This document shows, in pieces, positions 18,255-28,151 of a stretch of 64,000 nucleotides of DNA (positions are counted from its first letter, which is position 1; each line of letters begins with the position of its first letter). Location: NCBI GenBank assembly GCA_903848645.1, contig CAINGU010000059.1, positions 55,038 to 119,037 on the forward strand, given 5' to 3'. A program made the translations under genes and the position numbers. The DNA is from an uncultured cyanobacterium (lineage in GTDB: Bacteria > Cyanobacteriota > Cyanobacteriia > Cyanobacteriales > Nostocaceae). Below the pieces are notes generated by a model. It searched no databases. It had not been told where the DNA came from and saw only the letters and a list, made by a program, of their open reading frames with translations.

Positions 18255-19250
18255 ATGATTGAAGTTGAGCATCTTAGTAAAACTTATGGTTCGACAACAG
18301 CAATTACTGATGTTACCTTTAGCGTTGAACCTGGGGAAATTTTGGGGTTTTTGGGTCCAAATGGGGCTGGTAAAACCACAACCATGCGAATTTTAGCCGG
18401 TTATTTACCTGCGAGTAGTGGTACAGCGAAGATTGACGGTTATGATGTCCATGATAATTCTCTACTTGTGCGGCAGCGGATTGGCTATTTACCGGAAACA
18501 CCGCCATTATATCCAGAGATGACAGTGGAAGGGTTCTTGCACTTTGTCGCTAGGATTAAAGGAGTTTCTTCAGGCGATCGCTCGACAAAAGTAACAGCAG
18601 CTATCAACCGTTGCAACTTAGAAGATAAGCGCCAAGTTATTATTCGTAAATTATCTAAAGGCTATCGGCAAAGAGTTGGGATTGCCCAAGCGATCGTTCA
18701 TGATCCCCCAGCAATTATTCTTGATGAACCTACAGTTGGTCTTGATCCCCGGCAAATTACGGAAGTGCGGAACTTAATTAAAAGTTTGGCAGGAACACAC
18801 ACCATTATTCTCTCTACTCATATTCTCCCAGAAGTGAGCATGACCTGTAGTCGAGTTGCCATTATTAATCGGGGGCAAATAGTTGCGACTAACACCCCAG
18901 AAAATTTGATGACACAATTAACAGGTGGGGCAGGATATGAATTAGAAATTACCGGAGAAGCACCTTTAGCTAAACAAATGTTGCAAAATATCTCCGGTGT
19001 GAGTTTAGTAGAATCTATACATAACCATCAACATTTGCCGGAAAATCGTACTTACCTACGGGTAATATTACAGCCAGGAAAAGAACCAGGAAAAGAAATT
19101 GCGGCAGCTTTGATTCGGGCTGGCTTTGGTTTGTATGAAATGCGTCGTGTTAGTGCCACATTAGAAGATGTTTTCTTAAAACTAACTACAGCAGAAAAGA
19201 ATTTACCCACAGATATCAACTCAGAAATCGAAGAAGGAGAAGCTGCATAA
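18255..19250 (+). CDS. ABC transporter ATP-binding protein (GldA-like)
   Basis: Walker A GPNGAGKTT, signature LSKGYRQR, Walker B IILDEP. ATG at 18255. Confidence 0.95.
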   Translation: MIEVEHLSKTYGSTTAITDVTFSVEPGEILGFLGPNGAGKTTTMRILAGYLPASSGTAKIDGYDVHDNSLLVRQRIGYLPETPPLYPEMTVEGFLHFVARIKGVSSGDRSTKVTAAINRCNLEDKRQVIIRKLSKGYRQRVGIAQAIVHDPPAIILDEPTVGLDPRQITEVRNLIKSLAGTHTIILSTHILPEVSMTCSRVAIINRGQIVATNTPENLMTQLTGGAGYELEITGEAPLAKQMLQNISGVSLVESIHNHQHLPENRTYLRVILQPGKEPGKEIAAALIRAGFGLYEMRRVSATLEDVFLKLTTAEKNLPTDINSEIEEGEAA

Positions 19251-20063
19251 ATGGGTATAGTCATCGCTAATATTATTGCCATTTATCGTCGAGAACTACA
19301 GAGTTATTTTGTTTCGCCATTAGCTTATGGTATAGCTAGTGCATTTTGGTTTTTATCAGGTTTATTTTTCGTGATGATTTTATTGGGGCCAGAAGGAATT
19401 TTAGTCACAGTTTCTGGTTATGATTTACAAGGGCAACAAATGGGAGTCCCAGCCCCAAAAATAGATGTTCCTTACGAATTTGTGCGGGCGTTTTTAGATA
19501 GAATGGGCTGGTTAATGTTATTTATTTTGCCTATTTTGTCAATGGGACTTTATGCCGAAGAACGCAAGCGAGGAACTTTAGAACTATTAGCCACATCACC
19601 AGTTACTAACTGGGCTGTAGCCGTAGGCAAATTATTAGGGGTACTAACATTTTTTTTGACAATGGTATTACCTTTAATGGGATTTGAAGCCATCGCTTTA
19701 TCTAGTTCTAATCCTCCCATATCACCGACAATTCCGTTACTTGGTCATTTAGGATTACTTTTACTAGCAGCAGCAATTTTATCTTTAGGAATGTTTATTT
19801 CTTCATTAACAGACAGTACAATTTTAGCTGCTATCCTTACTTTTGCCGTCGTTATTTTGCTATTATTCATTGATTTAATTGCCAAAACTATTCCTGGACC
19901 AATTGGTGAAGCTGTGAGTCATTTATCCCTTCTCAAACATTACAACACCCTGATTCAAGGAATTTTTGACACTAGCGGCTTGATTTTATTCACCAGTTAC
20001 ATTATCTTAGGTATTTTTCTCACAGCCCAATCAATTGATGCACTGCGCTTTCAACGTCAGTAG
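19251..20063 (+). CDS. ABC-2 permease (GldF-like)
   Basis: AEERKRGTLELLATSP motif, 6 TM segments, abuts the ATPase gene. Confidence 0.93.
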   Translation: MGIVIANIIAIYRRELQSYFVSPLAYGIASAFWFLSGLFFVMILLGPEGILVTVSGYDLQGQQMGVPAPKIDVPYEFVRAFLDRMGWLMLFILPILSMGLYAEERKRGTLELLATSPVTNWAVAVGKLLGVLTFFLTMVLPLMGFEAIALSSSNPPISPTIPLLGHLGLLLLAAAILSLGMFISSLTDSTILAAILTFAVVILLLFIDLIAKTIPGPIGEAVSHLSLLKHYNTLIQGIFDTSGLILFTSYIILGIFLTAQSIDALRFQRQ

Positions 20064-20134
20064 TTAATTGTCAGTTGTCAGTTGTTAGTTGTCAAAGGAC
20101 TTTCAAACCTGTTCCCTGTTCCCTGCTATAAATA

Positions 20135-21892
20135 ATGAATAAAAACAAACTTTGGAAACTTGTATTTTGGCTAGGACCATTCTTTTTAGCTGCTGGCTTA
20201 ACAGTTGGTTTAATTTCAGAAAAATGGGGAATAATCCCTTTATTATTAACAATAATAGGTTTCGTGATTTGTAGCTTATGGGTAATAGTACAGAGTCAAC
20301 AAAGTAAGTGGTGGCAAAAGCGTTCTACTCAAAGTGGTACTAATGCCTTAGTCGCAACTTTATCAGTATTAGTTATCTTGGGATTAATTAACTTTTTAGG
20401 TATTCGCTATCATTTCCGCCTAGACTTAACAGATACTCAATTATTTACTCTAGCTCCGCAATCAAGGGAATTAGTTAGTAATTTACCGCAAACAATGAAA
20501 GTTTGGTTATTTAGTAAAGAACAAAATTCCCAAGATCAGGAATTATTAGATAACTATCATCGTCAAAGTAACCAGTTTAAATTTGAGTATGTTGATCCTC
20601 AATTAAGACCAGGACTAGCAGAAAGATTTGGTGTTAAAGATTATGGCGAAGTTTATCTAGAATTTCAAACCAAACGGCAATTAGTACAGGTAATTAGTGA
20701 AAATGAACGTCTTTCAGAAGTAAAATTAACTAATCGGTTACAACAAATCACCAGTTCCAAAACTGCTAAAGTTTACTTTCTTCAAGGTCATGGGGAACAT
20801 CCACTTTCAGCTACTAAAGGGGCAATTTCTCAAGCCATTCAGGGATTAACTGATAAAAACTTTACCACATCAGCTTTGAATTTAGCACAACAGCCGCAAG
20901 TTCCTGATGATGCTGATGTTTTAGTTGTAGCTGGACCGCAAAGAGAATTATTGACAGGGGAAGTTACAGCTTTACAAAATTATCTTAATCGTGGTGGTAA
21001 TTTGTTGTTAATGATTGATCCTAACACTAACCCGAAAATAGATACCATTTTAAAAGATTGGGGTGTGCGTTTAGATAATCGTTTGGCCATTGATATTTCT
21101 GGGCAAAGTTTGCAACTGGGACCTGCGGCTATTCTAGTCACAGAATATGGACAGCATCCTATTACTAAAGATTTTGCTAACAATATTTCTGTATATCCCT
21201 TGGCTCGTTCTCTAGAAATTGATCCTGTTCCTGGTATCGAGTCTATGGCTTTATTAAAAACCAAACCCTATCCTAGCAGTTGGGCAGAAAGTGATCAAAA
21301 AAGTGAAAAATTAGAATTTAATGAAGGTAAAGACTTAAAAGGACCTTTAACTTTAGGAGTAGCATTGACGAAGAAGTTATTAAATCCAAATTCACCAATT
21401 CCAAATCCTACAAATTCACCAATTCCAAATCCTACAAATTCACCAATTCCAAATCCTACAAATTCACCAATTCCAAATCCTACAACTTCTCCAACTCCAA
21501 ATCCTACAAATTCACCAATTCCAAATCCTACAACTTCTTCAACTCCAATACCAACAACTTCACCAACTCCAATACCAATAACTTCCCCAATTCCAACTCC
21601 TACAACTTCACAAAATATTGCTAAAGAATCACGGTTAGTAGTATTTGGAAATTCAAGTTTTGCCGTTGATGGTTTATTTGAACAACAGTTAAATGGAGAT
21701 GTGTTTCTTAACTCAGTTAGTTGGCTAAGTCAACAGGATCAACAACTTCTTTCAATTCGTCCTAAAGAACCAAAAAATCGTCGAATTGTTATATCAACTC
21801 TGCAAGCTAATTTATTAACAATATCTGCTGTATTGTTATTGCCTTTAATTGGTTTAGTCACAGGCTTTATTATTTGGTGTAAACGCCGATGA
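20135..21892 (+). CDS. GldG-family ABC-associated protein
   Basis: RLDLT..LFTL, KVYFLQGHGEH, LVVFGNSSFA and LNSVSWL motifs, with a Pro/Thr/Asn linker. Confidence 0.92.
   Translation: MNKNKLWKLVFWLGPFFLAAGLTVGLISEKWGIIPLLLTIIGFVICSLWVIVQSQQSKWWQKRSTQSGTNALVATLSVLVILGLINFLGIRYHFRLDLTDTQLFTLAPQSRELVSNLPQTMKVWLFSKEQNSQDQELLDNYHRQSNQFKFEYVDPQLRPGLAERFGVKDYGEVYLEFQTKRQLVQVISENERLSEVKLTNRLQQITSSKTAKVYFLQGHGEHPLSATKGAISQAIQGLTDKNFTTSALNLAQQPQVPDDADVLVVAGPQRELLTGEVTALQNYLNRGGNLLLMIDPNTNPKIDTILKDWGVRLDNRLAIDISGQSLQLGPAAILVTEYGQHPITKDFANNISVYPLARSLEIDPVPGIESMALLKTKPYPSSWAESDQKSEKLEFNEGKDLKGPLTLGVALTKKLLNPNSPIPNPTNSPIPNPTNSPIPNPTNSPIPNPTTSPTPNPTNSPIPNPTTSSTPIPTTSPTPIPITSPIPTPTTSQNIAKESRLVVFGNSSFAVDGLFEQQLNGDVFLNSVSWLSQQDQQLLSIRPKEPKNRRIVISTLQANLLTISAVLLLPLIGLVTGFIIWCKRR
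21389..21604 (+). repeat. In-frame 24-bp tandem repeat (NSPIPNPT units)
   Basis: Nine 24-nt units. AATTCACCAATTCCAAATCCTACA is perfect in units 1-4 and 6; the others are degenerate. Confidence 0.92.
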
Positions 21893-22650
21893 ACAATAAA
21901 TTAGTAATTCATGATGGTAAACTAAAGCTCGGAGGAGTAACTGTTTGGTATTCTGCGAGTAGTGACGAATATCAAGAATGTCAAGTAAAAGCCCAAGTTC
22001 TCACTTTAAATCAACCAGATTTTTCACTTTTAGAAACAATATTATGGCAACCTGATGATGGTTATTTTGTTTTAGATTATCATTTACAGCGGTTGCAAGC
22101 TTCAGCAATTTACTTTGATTTTGATTTTGATATAAATAACTTGAAAACTCAACTTGATAAATTAACAAAATCATTTTCAAACCAAGCTTACAAAGTGCGG
22201 TTATTGTTAGATTATGGTGGTGAAATTAGATATGAAATAATACCTTTATCTCCTGTCAATAATCAGGAATTTGTGAAACTAGGTATGTGTTGCACGCCTG
22301 TTGACTCTACTAATATATTTTTGTATCATAAAACAACTAATCGCCAAATTTATGAAATAGCAAAAGCCGCTTTTCCTGATTGTGATGATGTTATATTGTG
22401 GAATGAAAGAGGTGAAATTACAGAAACCTGTATTGGTAATATTGTGGTGGATTTGAATGGAGAATTGTTGACACCTCCAGTAAAGTGCGGGTTATTAGCA
22501 GGAACTTTTCGTGCTGATTTACTTGAGAAAAGTAAAATCAAGGAAGAAATTATTACAGTGGACAAGTTTAAATATAGTGATCACATCTATATAATTAACT
22601 CAGTGCAAAAATGGCGAGAAGCGGTTTTAAATACCGCTATAATTAGATAA
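21889..22650 (+). CDS. Class IV aminotransferase / aminodeoxychorismate lyase (PabC-like) with a residual PabB-like tail at its N-terminus
   Basis: LLETILW..YHLQRL, PLP lysine in FLYHKTTNR, NERGEITET.IGN, GLLAGTFR. The N-terminal GGVTVWYSASSDEYQECQVKAQVL resembles the end of PabB. Confidence 0.85.
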   Translation: MNNKLVIHDGKLKLGGVTVWYSASSDEYQECQVKAQVLTLNQPDFSLLETILWQPDDGYFVLDYHLQRLQASAIYFDFDFDINNLKTQLDKLTKSFSNQAYKVRLLLDYGGEIRYEIIPLSPVNNQEFVKLGMCCTPVDSTNIFLYHKTTNRQIYEIAKAAFPDCDDVILWNERGEITETCIGNIVVDLNGELLTPPVKCGLLAGTFRADLLEKSKIKEEIITVDKFKYSDHIYIINSVQKWREAVLNTAIIR

Positions 22651-22669
22651 TTTATAATTAATATTCAAT

Positions 22670-23281
22670 ATGAAATTGCCAAAAACGACTTTAATTTTAA
22701 TACTTTTAGCTCTGGGTTTAGGTAGTTTTGTCTACTTTCATGAAATCAAAGGAAAAAATCAGCAAACAGAAATAAAAAACCAAAAACAGAAAATTTTCTC
22801 TTTTACCGCTCATGATGTCCAATCTCTAACAATTAAATTCAAAGATACAACATTACAACTAGAAAAAAGGAATACATCTGAAAAACCTCAATGGGAAATA
22901 AAGTCTCCCATATCAGCACTAGCTAATGATGCAATAGTTTCTTATTTAATGGATTTGTTAGTTGATGGTAAAAGTGAAAGAACAGTATCGGTTTTACCCA
23001 CTGAATTATCAGAATTTGGTTTAGATAAACCTGTAGCAACTATTGATATTAAACTAAAAAATCAACAAAGTCATCAATTAATATTAGGGAAAGGTGATTT
23101 TAATAATCAATTTTTATATGCTCAAGCTGATGGTAATCAGAATATGAACTTGTTATTAGTTTCTAAAGATTTTGTTAATGCCGTCAATCGAGATCTATCA
23201 GAATGGCAACAAACAGCCAAAAAACCTGATGTACAACCATTACCTAGTCTTCCTAAACCAAGTCCTACAAATAGTAAGTAA
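22670..23281 (+). CDS. DUF4340-family protein (Gld-like operon partner)
   Basis: N-terminal TM anchor and EFGLDKP motif, at the usual position after a GldG-like gene. Confidence 0.85.
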   Translation: MKLPKTTLILILLALGLGSFVYFHEIKGKNQQTEIKNQKQKIFSFTAHDVQSLTIKFKDTTLQLEKRNTSEKPQWEIKSPISALANDAIVSYLMDLLVDGKSERTVSVLPTELSEFGLDKPVATIDIKLKNQQSHQLILGKGDFNNQFLYAQADGNQNMNLLLVSKDFVNAVNRDLSEWQQTAKKPDVQPLPSLPKPSPTNSK

Positions 23282-23316
23282 ATACAGCAGAATTAATCTC
23301 TTTTTATCTCGTTTAT

Positions 23317-23454
23317 CTCGTTCCCAGTCTCTGACTGGGAATGCTATTACAGAGACTCTGACTCTGCTATAGGACTAATATTTGATTTTTGAAATATACG
23401 TAGGGTGGGCAATGCCCACCAAAAACCCCCTACGGTGGGCATTGCCCACCCTAC
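23317..23454. repeat. Composite dispersed repeat (TTCCCAGTC hairpin, TATAGGACT leader and paired GTAG REP hairpins)
   Basis: Hairpin at 23321-23341; GTAGGGTGGGCAATGCCCACC at 23400-23420 with its inverted copy at 23434-23454. Partial inverted copy at 62956-63011. Confidence 0.8.
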
Positions 23455-23489
23455 AGTTGATTGAGAAAACTTAAAACAGCAAAAATTCC

Positions 23490-24344
23490 ATGACAAAACA
23501 AACAGCAACCCTATTAATTTCTTGCCCAGATCAAAGAGGATTAGTAGCAAAATTCGCCAATTTCATCTATGCTAATGGTGGTAATATTACCCATGCAGAT
23601 CAACATACAGATTTTGAAGCCGGATTATTTCTAAATCGCATAGAATGGCAATTAAAAGGATTTAATTTACCACAAGATTTAATTGCTCCTGCTTTTAATG
23701 CAATTGCTCAACCTTTAAATGCAAAATGGGAATTACACTTTTCTGATACTCTTCCTCGCATTGCTATTTGGGTAAGTCGTCAAGATCATTGTTTATTTGA
23801 TTTAATCTGGAGACATCGCGCTAAAGAATTTCCGGGAGAGATTCCTTTAATTATGAGTAATCATCCCGATTTACAACCAGTAGTTGAACAATTTGGTATT
23901 GATTACCATTACCTACCTATAACAAAAGAAAACAAACAAGCACAGGAGAATAAACAACTAGAATTACTACATCAATACAAAATTGATTTAGTAGTTTTAG
24001 CAAAATATATGCAAATAGTTAGTGCGGATTTTATTGAAAAATTTCCGCAAATTATTAATATTCATCATTCATTTTTACCAGCATTTATTGGGGCTAATCC
24101 CTATCATCGTGCCTTTGAAAGAGGTGTGAAAATTATTGGTGCAACAGCCCACTATGCTACGGCTGACTTAGATGCAGGACCAATTATAGAACAGGATGTG
24201 GTGCGGGTAAGTCATCGAGATGAAGTGAATGATTTAATTAGAAAAGGTAAAGATTTAGAAAGAATTGTGTTAGCAAGGGCGGTAAGATTGCATTTACAAA
24301 ATCGCGTTTTAGTTTATGGAAATAGAACCGTAGTTTTTGAGTAA
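23490..24344 (+). CDS. purU: Formyltetrahydrofolate deformylase
   Basis: N-terminal ACT domain (CPDQRGLVA), INIHHSFLPAFIGANPYH, GATAHYAT.DLDAGPII. Confidence 0.97.
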   Translation: MTKQTATLLISCPDQRGLVAKFANFIYANGGNITHADQHTDFEAGLFLNRIEWQLKGFNLPQDLIAPAFNAIAQPLNAKWELHFSDTLPRIAIWVSRQDHCLFDLIWRHRAKEFPGEIPLIMSNHPDLQPVVEQFGIDYHYLPITKENKQAQENKQLELLHQYKIDLVVLAKYMQIVSADFIEKFPQIINIHHSFLPAFIGANPYHRAFERGVKIIGATAHYATADLDAGPIIEQDVVRVSHRDEVNDLIRKGKDLERIVLARAVRLHLQNRVLVYGNRTVVFE

Positions 24345-24439
24345 ATTTATTGAAGGGGAAGGGGAAAAAGGAAAGAAAAAATATTTAATCCTTATCCTTT
24401 CTTCTTTTCCCAGTTCAAGTTAAAATTCTAACGCCATAT

Positions 24440-25525
24440 TTAGCGTCGTCCACGTTGAATTTTGTCAAATATAGCACCATCAGCAAATAATTTTTTCTGG
24501 ACACCACTCCAACCGCCAAGATCACCTACAGTATAAAGTCTGGCAATATAGGGGAATTTATTTTTTACTTCTTTGGAGACAGTTGGGTCAACTGGACGGA
24601 AACCAACTTTAGCAAATTCACGCTGTGCTTCTGGAGTGAAAAGGAACTTGACGAAAGCTTCAGAAACCTCACGATTTCCATGCTTATCAACATTTTTATC
24701 CACAACTGCCACAGGTGCATCTATAGAAATATTGACTGGAGGAACTATGTAAGAAGTATCTGTTTTGCCTTGCTGTGCAGCTAAAATCACTTCGTTTTCA
24801 TAGTTTAGTAATACATCACCTTGACCTTTTTTGTAAAAAGCATCACTTGATTCCCTGGCATCTTTAGGTAGGGCTACTACATTTTTAAACACATCTGTTA
24901 CAAACTTCAACGCCTGGGTTTCATTTCCGCCATTTTTAACGACTGAACCCCATAAAGCGAGAAAATTCCATTTAGCCCCACCAGATGTCTTGGGATTTGC
25001 AGTCACAATCTTAACATCAGGCTTTGTTAAATCAGCCCAATTCTTGATCTTTTTCGGATTACCAGCGCGAGTTTCCAGTGCAACTACTGAACGGGTAACA
25101 ATTGCGTTATTTGGAGATTCCTTTTCCCAACCTGGTTGAATCAAGCCAGCTTGTTCAATTTTTTTAATGTCTCCAGCCAATGCTAAAGCTACCACATCTG
25201 CGCCCAAACCATCAATAACAGCGCGGGTTTGCGAGCCAGAACCACCGTAACTCTCTTTAATCACCACTTCTTGACCTTTTTCTCTTTTCCATTTTGCCAC
25301 AAAATCGGGAATGATTTTAGCGTAAGCGGCCTTGGTGACTGCGTAAGAAACTAAAGTAATTTCAACTTTTTTGCCACTTTGACTCATTAGTTGTGTTTTT
25401 TGGGCTGTACCTGCAAATACAGGCATAATAGTGCTTATACTTAAACCTGTGGCTAAGAATAAAGCAGGAAATAACGGCTTTGTTGTTTGTAGGAATTTTG
25501 CAGGGTTTGAAGAATTATCTGTCAT
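24440..25525 (-). CDS. sbp: Sulfate/thiosulfate-binding periplasmic protein, paralog without a lipobox
   Basis: SYGGSGSQTRAV, NPKTSGGAKWNFL and NYENE motifs. Signal peptide ends V-F-A with no Cys. Confidence 0.93.
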   Translation of the reverse strand: MTDNSSNPAKFLQTTKPLFPALFLATGLSISTIMPVFAGTAQKTQLMSQSGKKVEITLVSYAVTKAAYAKIIPDFVAKWKREKGQEVVIKESYGGSGSQTRAVIDGLGADVVALALAGDIKKIEQAGLIQPGWEKESPNNAIVTRSVVALETRAGNPKKIKNWADLTKPDVKIVTANPKTSGGAKWNFLALWGSVVKNGGNETQALKFVTDVFKNVVALPKDARESSDAFYKKGQGDVLLNYENEVILAAQQGKTDTSYIVPPVNISIDAPVAVVDKNVDKHGNREVSEAFVKFLFTPEAQREFAKVGFRPVDPTVSKEVKNKFPYIARLYTVGDLGGWSGVQKKLFADGAIFDKIQRGRR

Positions 25526-25566
25526 GGGATGTCCTTAAATTGGTTTGAATATAATCTACGAAAACT

Positions 25567-25582
25567 CTGTCGAGATACAGTA
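25567..25582 (-). promoter_or_regulatory. Candidate Rrf2 operator, site C
   Basis: Minus strand reads TACTGTATCTCGACAG, 12/16 identical to site A, 42 nt upstream of the sbp start. Confidence 0.5.
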
Positions 25583-26012
25583 TTTACTGTCTAGAAAAAG
25601 AGCGTACCAGATGTAATAAATAAAATCAATAGTTTTTGCACTTAAAAACAACTATTTTCCTATCGAGTATTGTATGTATTAAATATTTTATTTATTTTTG
25701 TAATTATTTAATTGCCTATAAAGTTTATATAGTAGATATTTTGACAAATTAAATTCTATATTTATTTTCTAGTGTTTATTCAAATAAAGTATTAAAAATA
25801 GCAAGTTAAATAAGTAATTTTTCTTTTTTCACCTCCATAAAGATCATCGAAAATTGATACTTATCATTTAAAGGCATTGTAATTTCTCTTGAAACTGGTA
25901 AAATCACCATATTCCCTATCGTCAATATGCAGTTTTTACTGGTGTTGATAACCAGATACCTGCAATAATGGTATTTTTATTAATTAACCGTAGTTTCACG
26001 GGAGGATAAAAA

Positions 26013-27125
26013 ATGAATTTGTGGCAGCAATTACGTAAAGGACTACAACTTCGGTTCAGTCCAAATTCGCTCAAAGGCTTTGTCTCACTTGTTTTAGTCG
26101 GAACGGTATTGAGTGTATCTCTTGCTGCTTGCTCCGGGACAAACAACAGTAATTCCCCTAGTGCAACTACTGATACGGGTAAAAAACAGAATGTAGAATT
26201 AACCCTTGTATCCTTTGCTGTTACTAAAGCTGCTCACGCAGCTATTATTCCTAAATTTGTGGAAAAATGGCAAAAGGAACATAACCAAACTGTGGTTTTC
26301 AAACAAAGCTATGGTGGTTCTGGTTCGCAAACTCGTGCGGTAGTTGATGGTTTAGAAGCAGATGTTGTTCATTTGGCTCTCGCTCTGGATACGCAAAAAA
26401 TTGAAAAAGCGGGATTAATTCAACCTGGGTGGGAGAAAAAATTTCCTAATAATGGTATTGTTTCTAAGTCTGTTGCAGCTTTAGTAACTCGTGAAGGCAA
26501 TCCCAAAGGGATTAAGAATTGGGCTGATTTAGCGAAAGATGATGTTAAACTAATTACCGCAGATCCGAAAACTTCCGGGGTAGCTCGTTGGAATTTTCTC
26601 GCACTTTGGAATTCAGTAATTAAAACTGGTGGAGACGAGGCCAAAGCCACTGAGTTTGTGACTAAGGTTTATAAAAATGTCCCTGTGTTAACAAAAGATG
26701 CTCGTGAAGCTACAGACGCATTTTTTAAACAAGGTCAAGGTGATGCTTTAATAAACTATGAAAATGAAATTGTTTTGGCAAAAGATAAGGGCGAAAAAAC
26801 AAATTACATTCTCCCTGATGTAAATATTTCCATTGATAATCCTATTGCTGTTGTAGATAAAAATGTTGATAAACATGGTAATAGGGAGGTTGCAGAAGCT
26901 TTTGTGAAATATCTATTTACTCCCGAAGCACAACAGGAATTTGCTAAAGTAGGATTTCGCCCTGTAGATGAAACAGTAGCTAAGAGTAAAGAATTTGTTG
27001 ATAAATATCCCCAAATAAAAATTTTAGGTACAGTTCAAGAATTAGGTGGTTGGGGTGCTGTTCAGAAAAAATTCTTTGCTGAAGGGGCAATTTTTGACCA
27101 AATTCAAGCTAAAAATAAACGGTAA
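26013..27125 (+). CDS. sbpA: Sulfate-binding lipoprotein of the sulfate ABC transporter
   Basis: GGAGG RBS, lipobox LAAC, SYGGSGSQTRAV, DPKTSGVARWNFL, NYENE. Followed by cysT and cysW. Confidence 0.95.
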   Translation: MNLWQQLRKGLQLRFSPNSLKGFVSLVLVGTVLSVSLAACSGTNNSNSPSATTDTGKKQNVELTLVSFAVTKAAHAAIIPKFVEKWQKEHNQTVVFKQSYGGSGSQTRAVVDGLEADVVHLALALDTQKIEKAGLIQPGWEKKFPNNGIVSKSVAALVTREGNPKGIKNWADLAKDDVKLITADPKTSGVARWNFLALWNSVIKTGGDEAKATEFVTKVYKNVPVLTKDAREATDAFFKQGQGDALINYENEIVLAKDKGEKTNYILPDVNISIDNPIAVVDKNVDKHGNREVAEAFVKYLFTPEAQQEFAKVGFRPVDETVAKSKEFVDKYPQIKILGTVQELGGWGAVQKKFFAEGAIFDQIQAKNKR

Positions 27126-27138
27126 TTAACAAGCCCTG

Positions 27139-27244
27139 GTGATTATAAATCACGGCTATACAAACAAAGTCCGCCTGCGCGGACTAGGGAAATTTAGAAC
27201 CCACGCAGGTGGGTTTTGCTTGTATAGCCGTGACTTATAGTCGC
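27139..27244. repeat. Multi-stem structured dispersed repeat, copy 1
   Basis: Outer stem CACGGCTATAC/GTATAGCCGTG encloses hairpins GTCCGCCTGCGCGGAC and AACCCACGCAGGTGGGTT. Homologous copies at 40838-40954 and 57143-57257. Confidence 0.85.
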
Positions 27245-27281
27245 CTGAATTTCTAAATAACAACTAAAAACCAACTAAATT

Positions 27282-28151
27282 ATGACTGGATCTGCGGCTG
27301 TACAAACTAATATTAAACCTCCCATTTGGAAGGTATTTTTAGATAATTTGATTCATCTTCCTTGGACTTGGCGGATTACTTTGGGATATTTAACTGTGAT
27401 GTTATTTATCCCTATTATCGCCATGTTTCTCAAGGCTAGTACGGAATCTCCAGAGAAGTTTTGGGAAATTGCCACCAGCGAGTTAGCATTGGCAACTTAT
27501 AATGTTACCTTTGTGACTTCATTATTTGCAGCTTTGCTCAATGGCGTATTTGGAACTTTGATTGCTTGGGTATTGGTGCGTTATGATTTTCCGTTTAAAC
27601 GGATTATTGATGCCACTGTAGATTTACCCTTTGCTTTGCCAACATCTGTCGCAGGTTTAACACTGGCAACGGTGTACAGTGATAATGGTTGGTTGGGTTC
27701 ATTGTTAGCACCAATGGGAATTAAGGTATCCTTTACTCGCTTGGGAGTTGGGGTAGCAATGATATTTATATCTTTACCTTTTGTGGTGAGAACTGTGCAA
27801 CCGGTACTGCAAGAAATGGAATCAGAAATTGAAGAAGCAGCTTGGAGTTTAGGTGCTTCAGAATGGCAAACTTTTTGGAAAGTGATTTTACCCCCTTTAT
27901 TTCCGACAATTTTAACTGGTGTAGCTTTGGGTTTTTCCCGCGCTGTGGGAGAGTATGGTTCAACAGTAATTATTTCTTCCAATACACCATATAAAGATTT
28001 GATTGCACCTGTGTTAATTTTCCAGCGGTTGGAACAATATGATTATGCTGGTGCAACTGTAATTGGTGTGGTTTTATTAGGAATTTCCTTGGTGATGTTA
28101 TTAGCAATTAATTTCTTACAAGCTTGGGCAAGAAGATATGACAATAGATAA
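27282..28151 (+). CDS. cysT: Sulfate ABC transporter permease CysT
   Basis: [23 protein letters not shown] and [10 protein letters not shown] motifs. Confidence 0.96.
   Translation: MTGSAAVQTNIKPPIWKVFLDNLIHLPWTWRITLGYLTVMLFIPIIAMFLKASTESPEKFWEIATSELALATYNVTFVTSLFAALLNGVFGTLIAWVLVRYDFPFKRIIDATVDLPFALPTSVAGLTLATVYSDNGWLGSLLAPMGIKVSFTRLGVGVAMIFISLPFVVRTVQPVLQEMESEIEEAAWSLGASEWQTFWKVILPPLFPTILTGVALGFSRAVGEYGSTVIISSNTPYKDLIAPVLIFQRLEQYDYAGATVIGVVLLGISLVMLLAINFLQAWARRYDNR

Noticed and set aside
21389-21604. Regular repeats as a possible CRISPR array
   Set aside because: The units are contiguous with no spacers, in frame inside a gene, and no cas genes are present.
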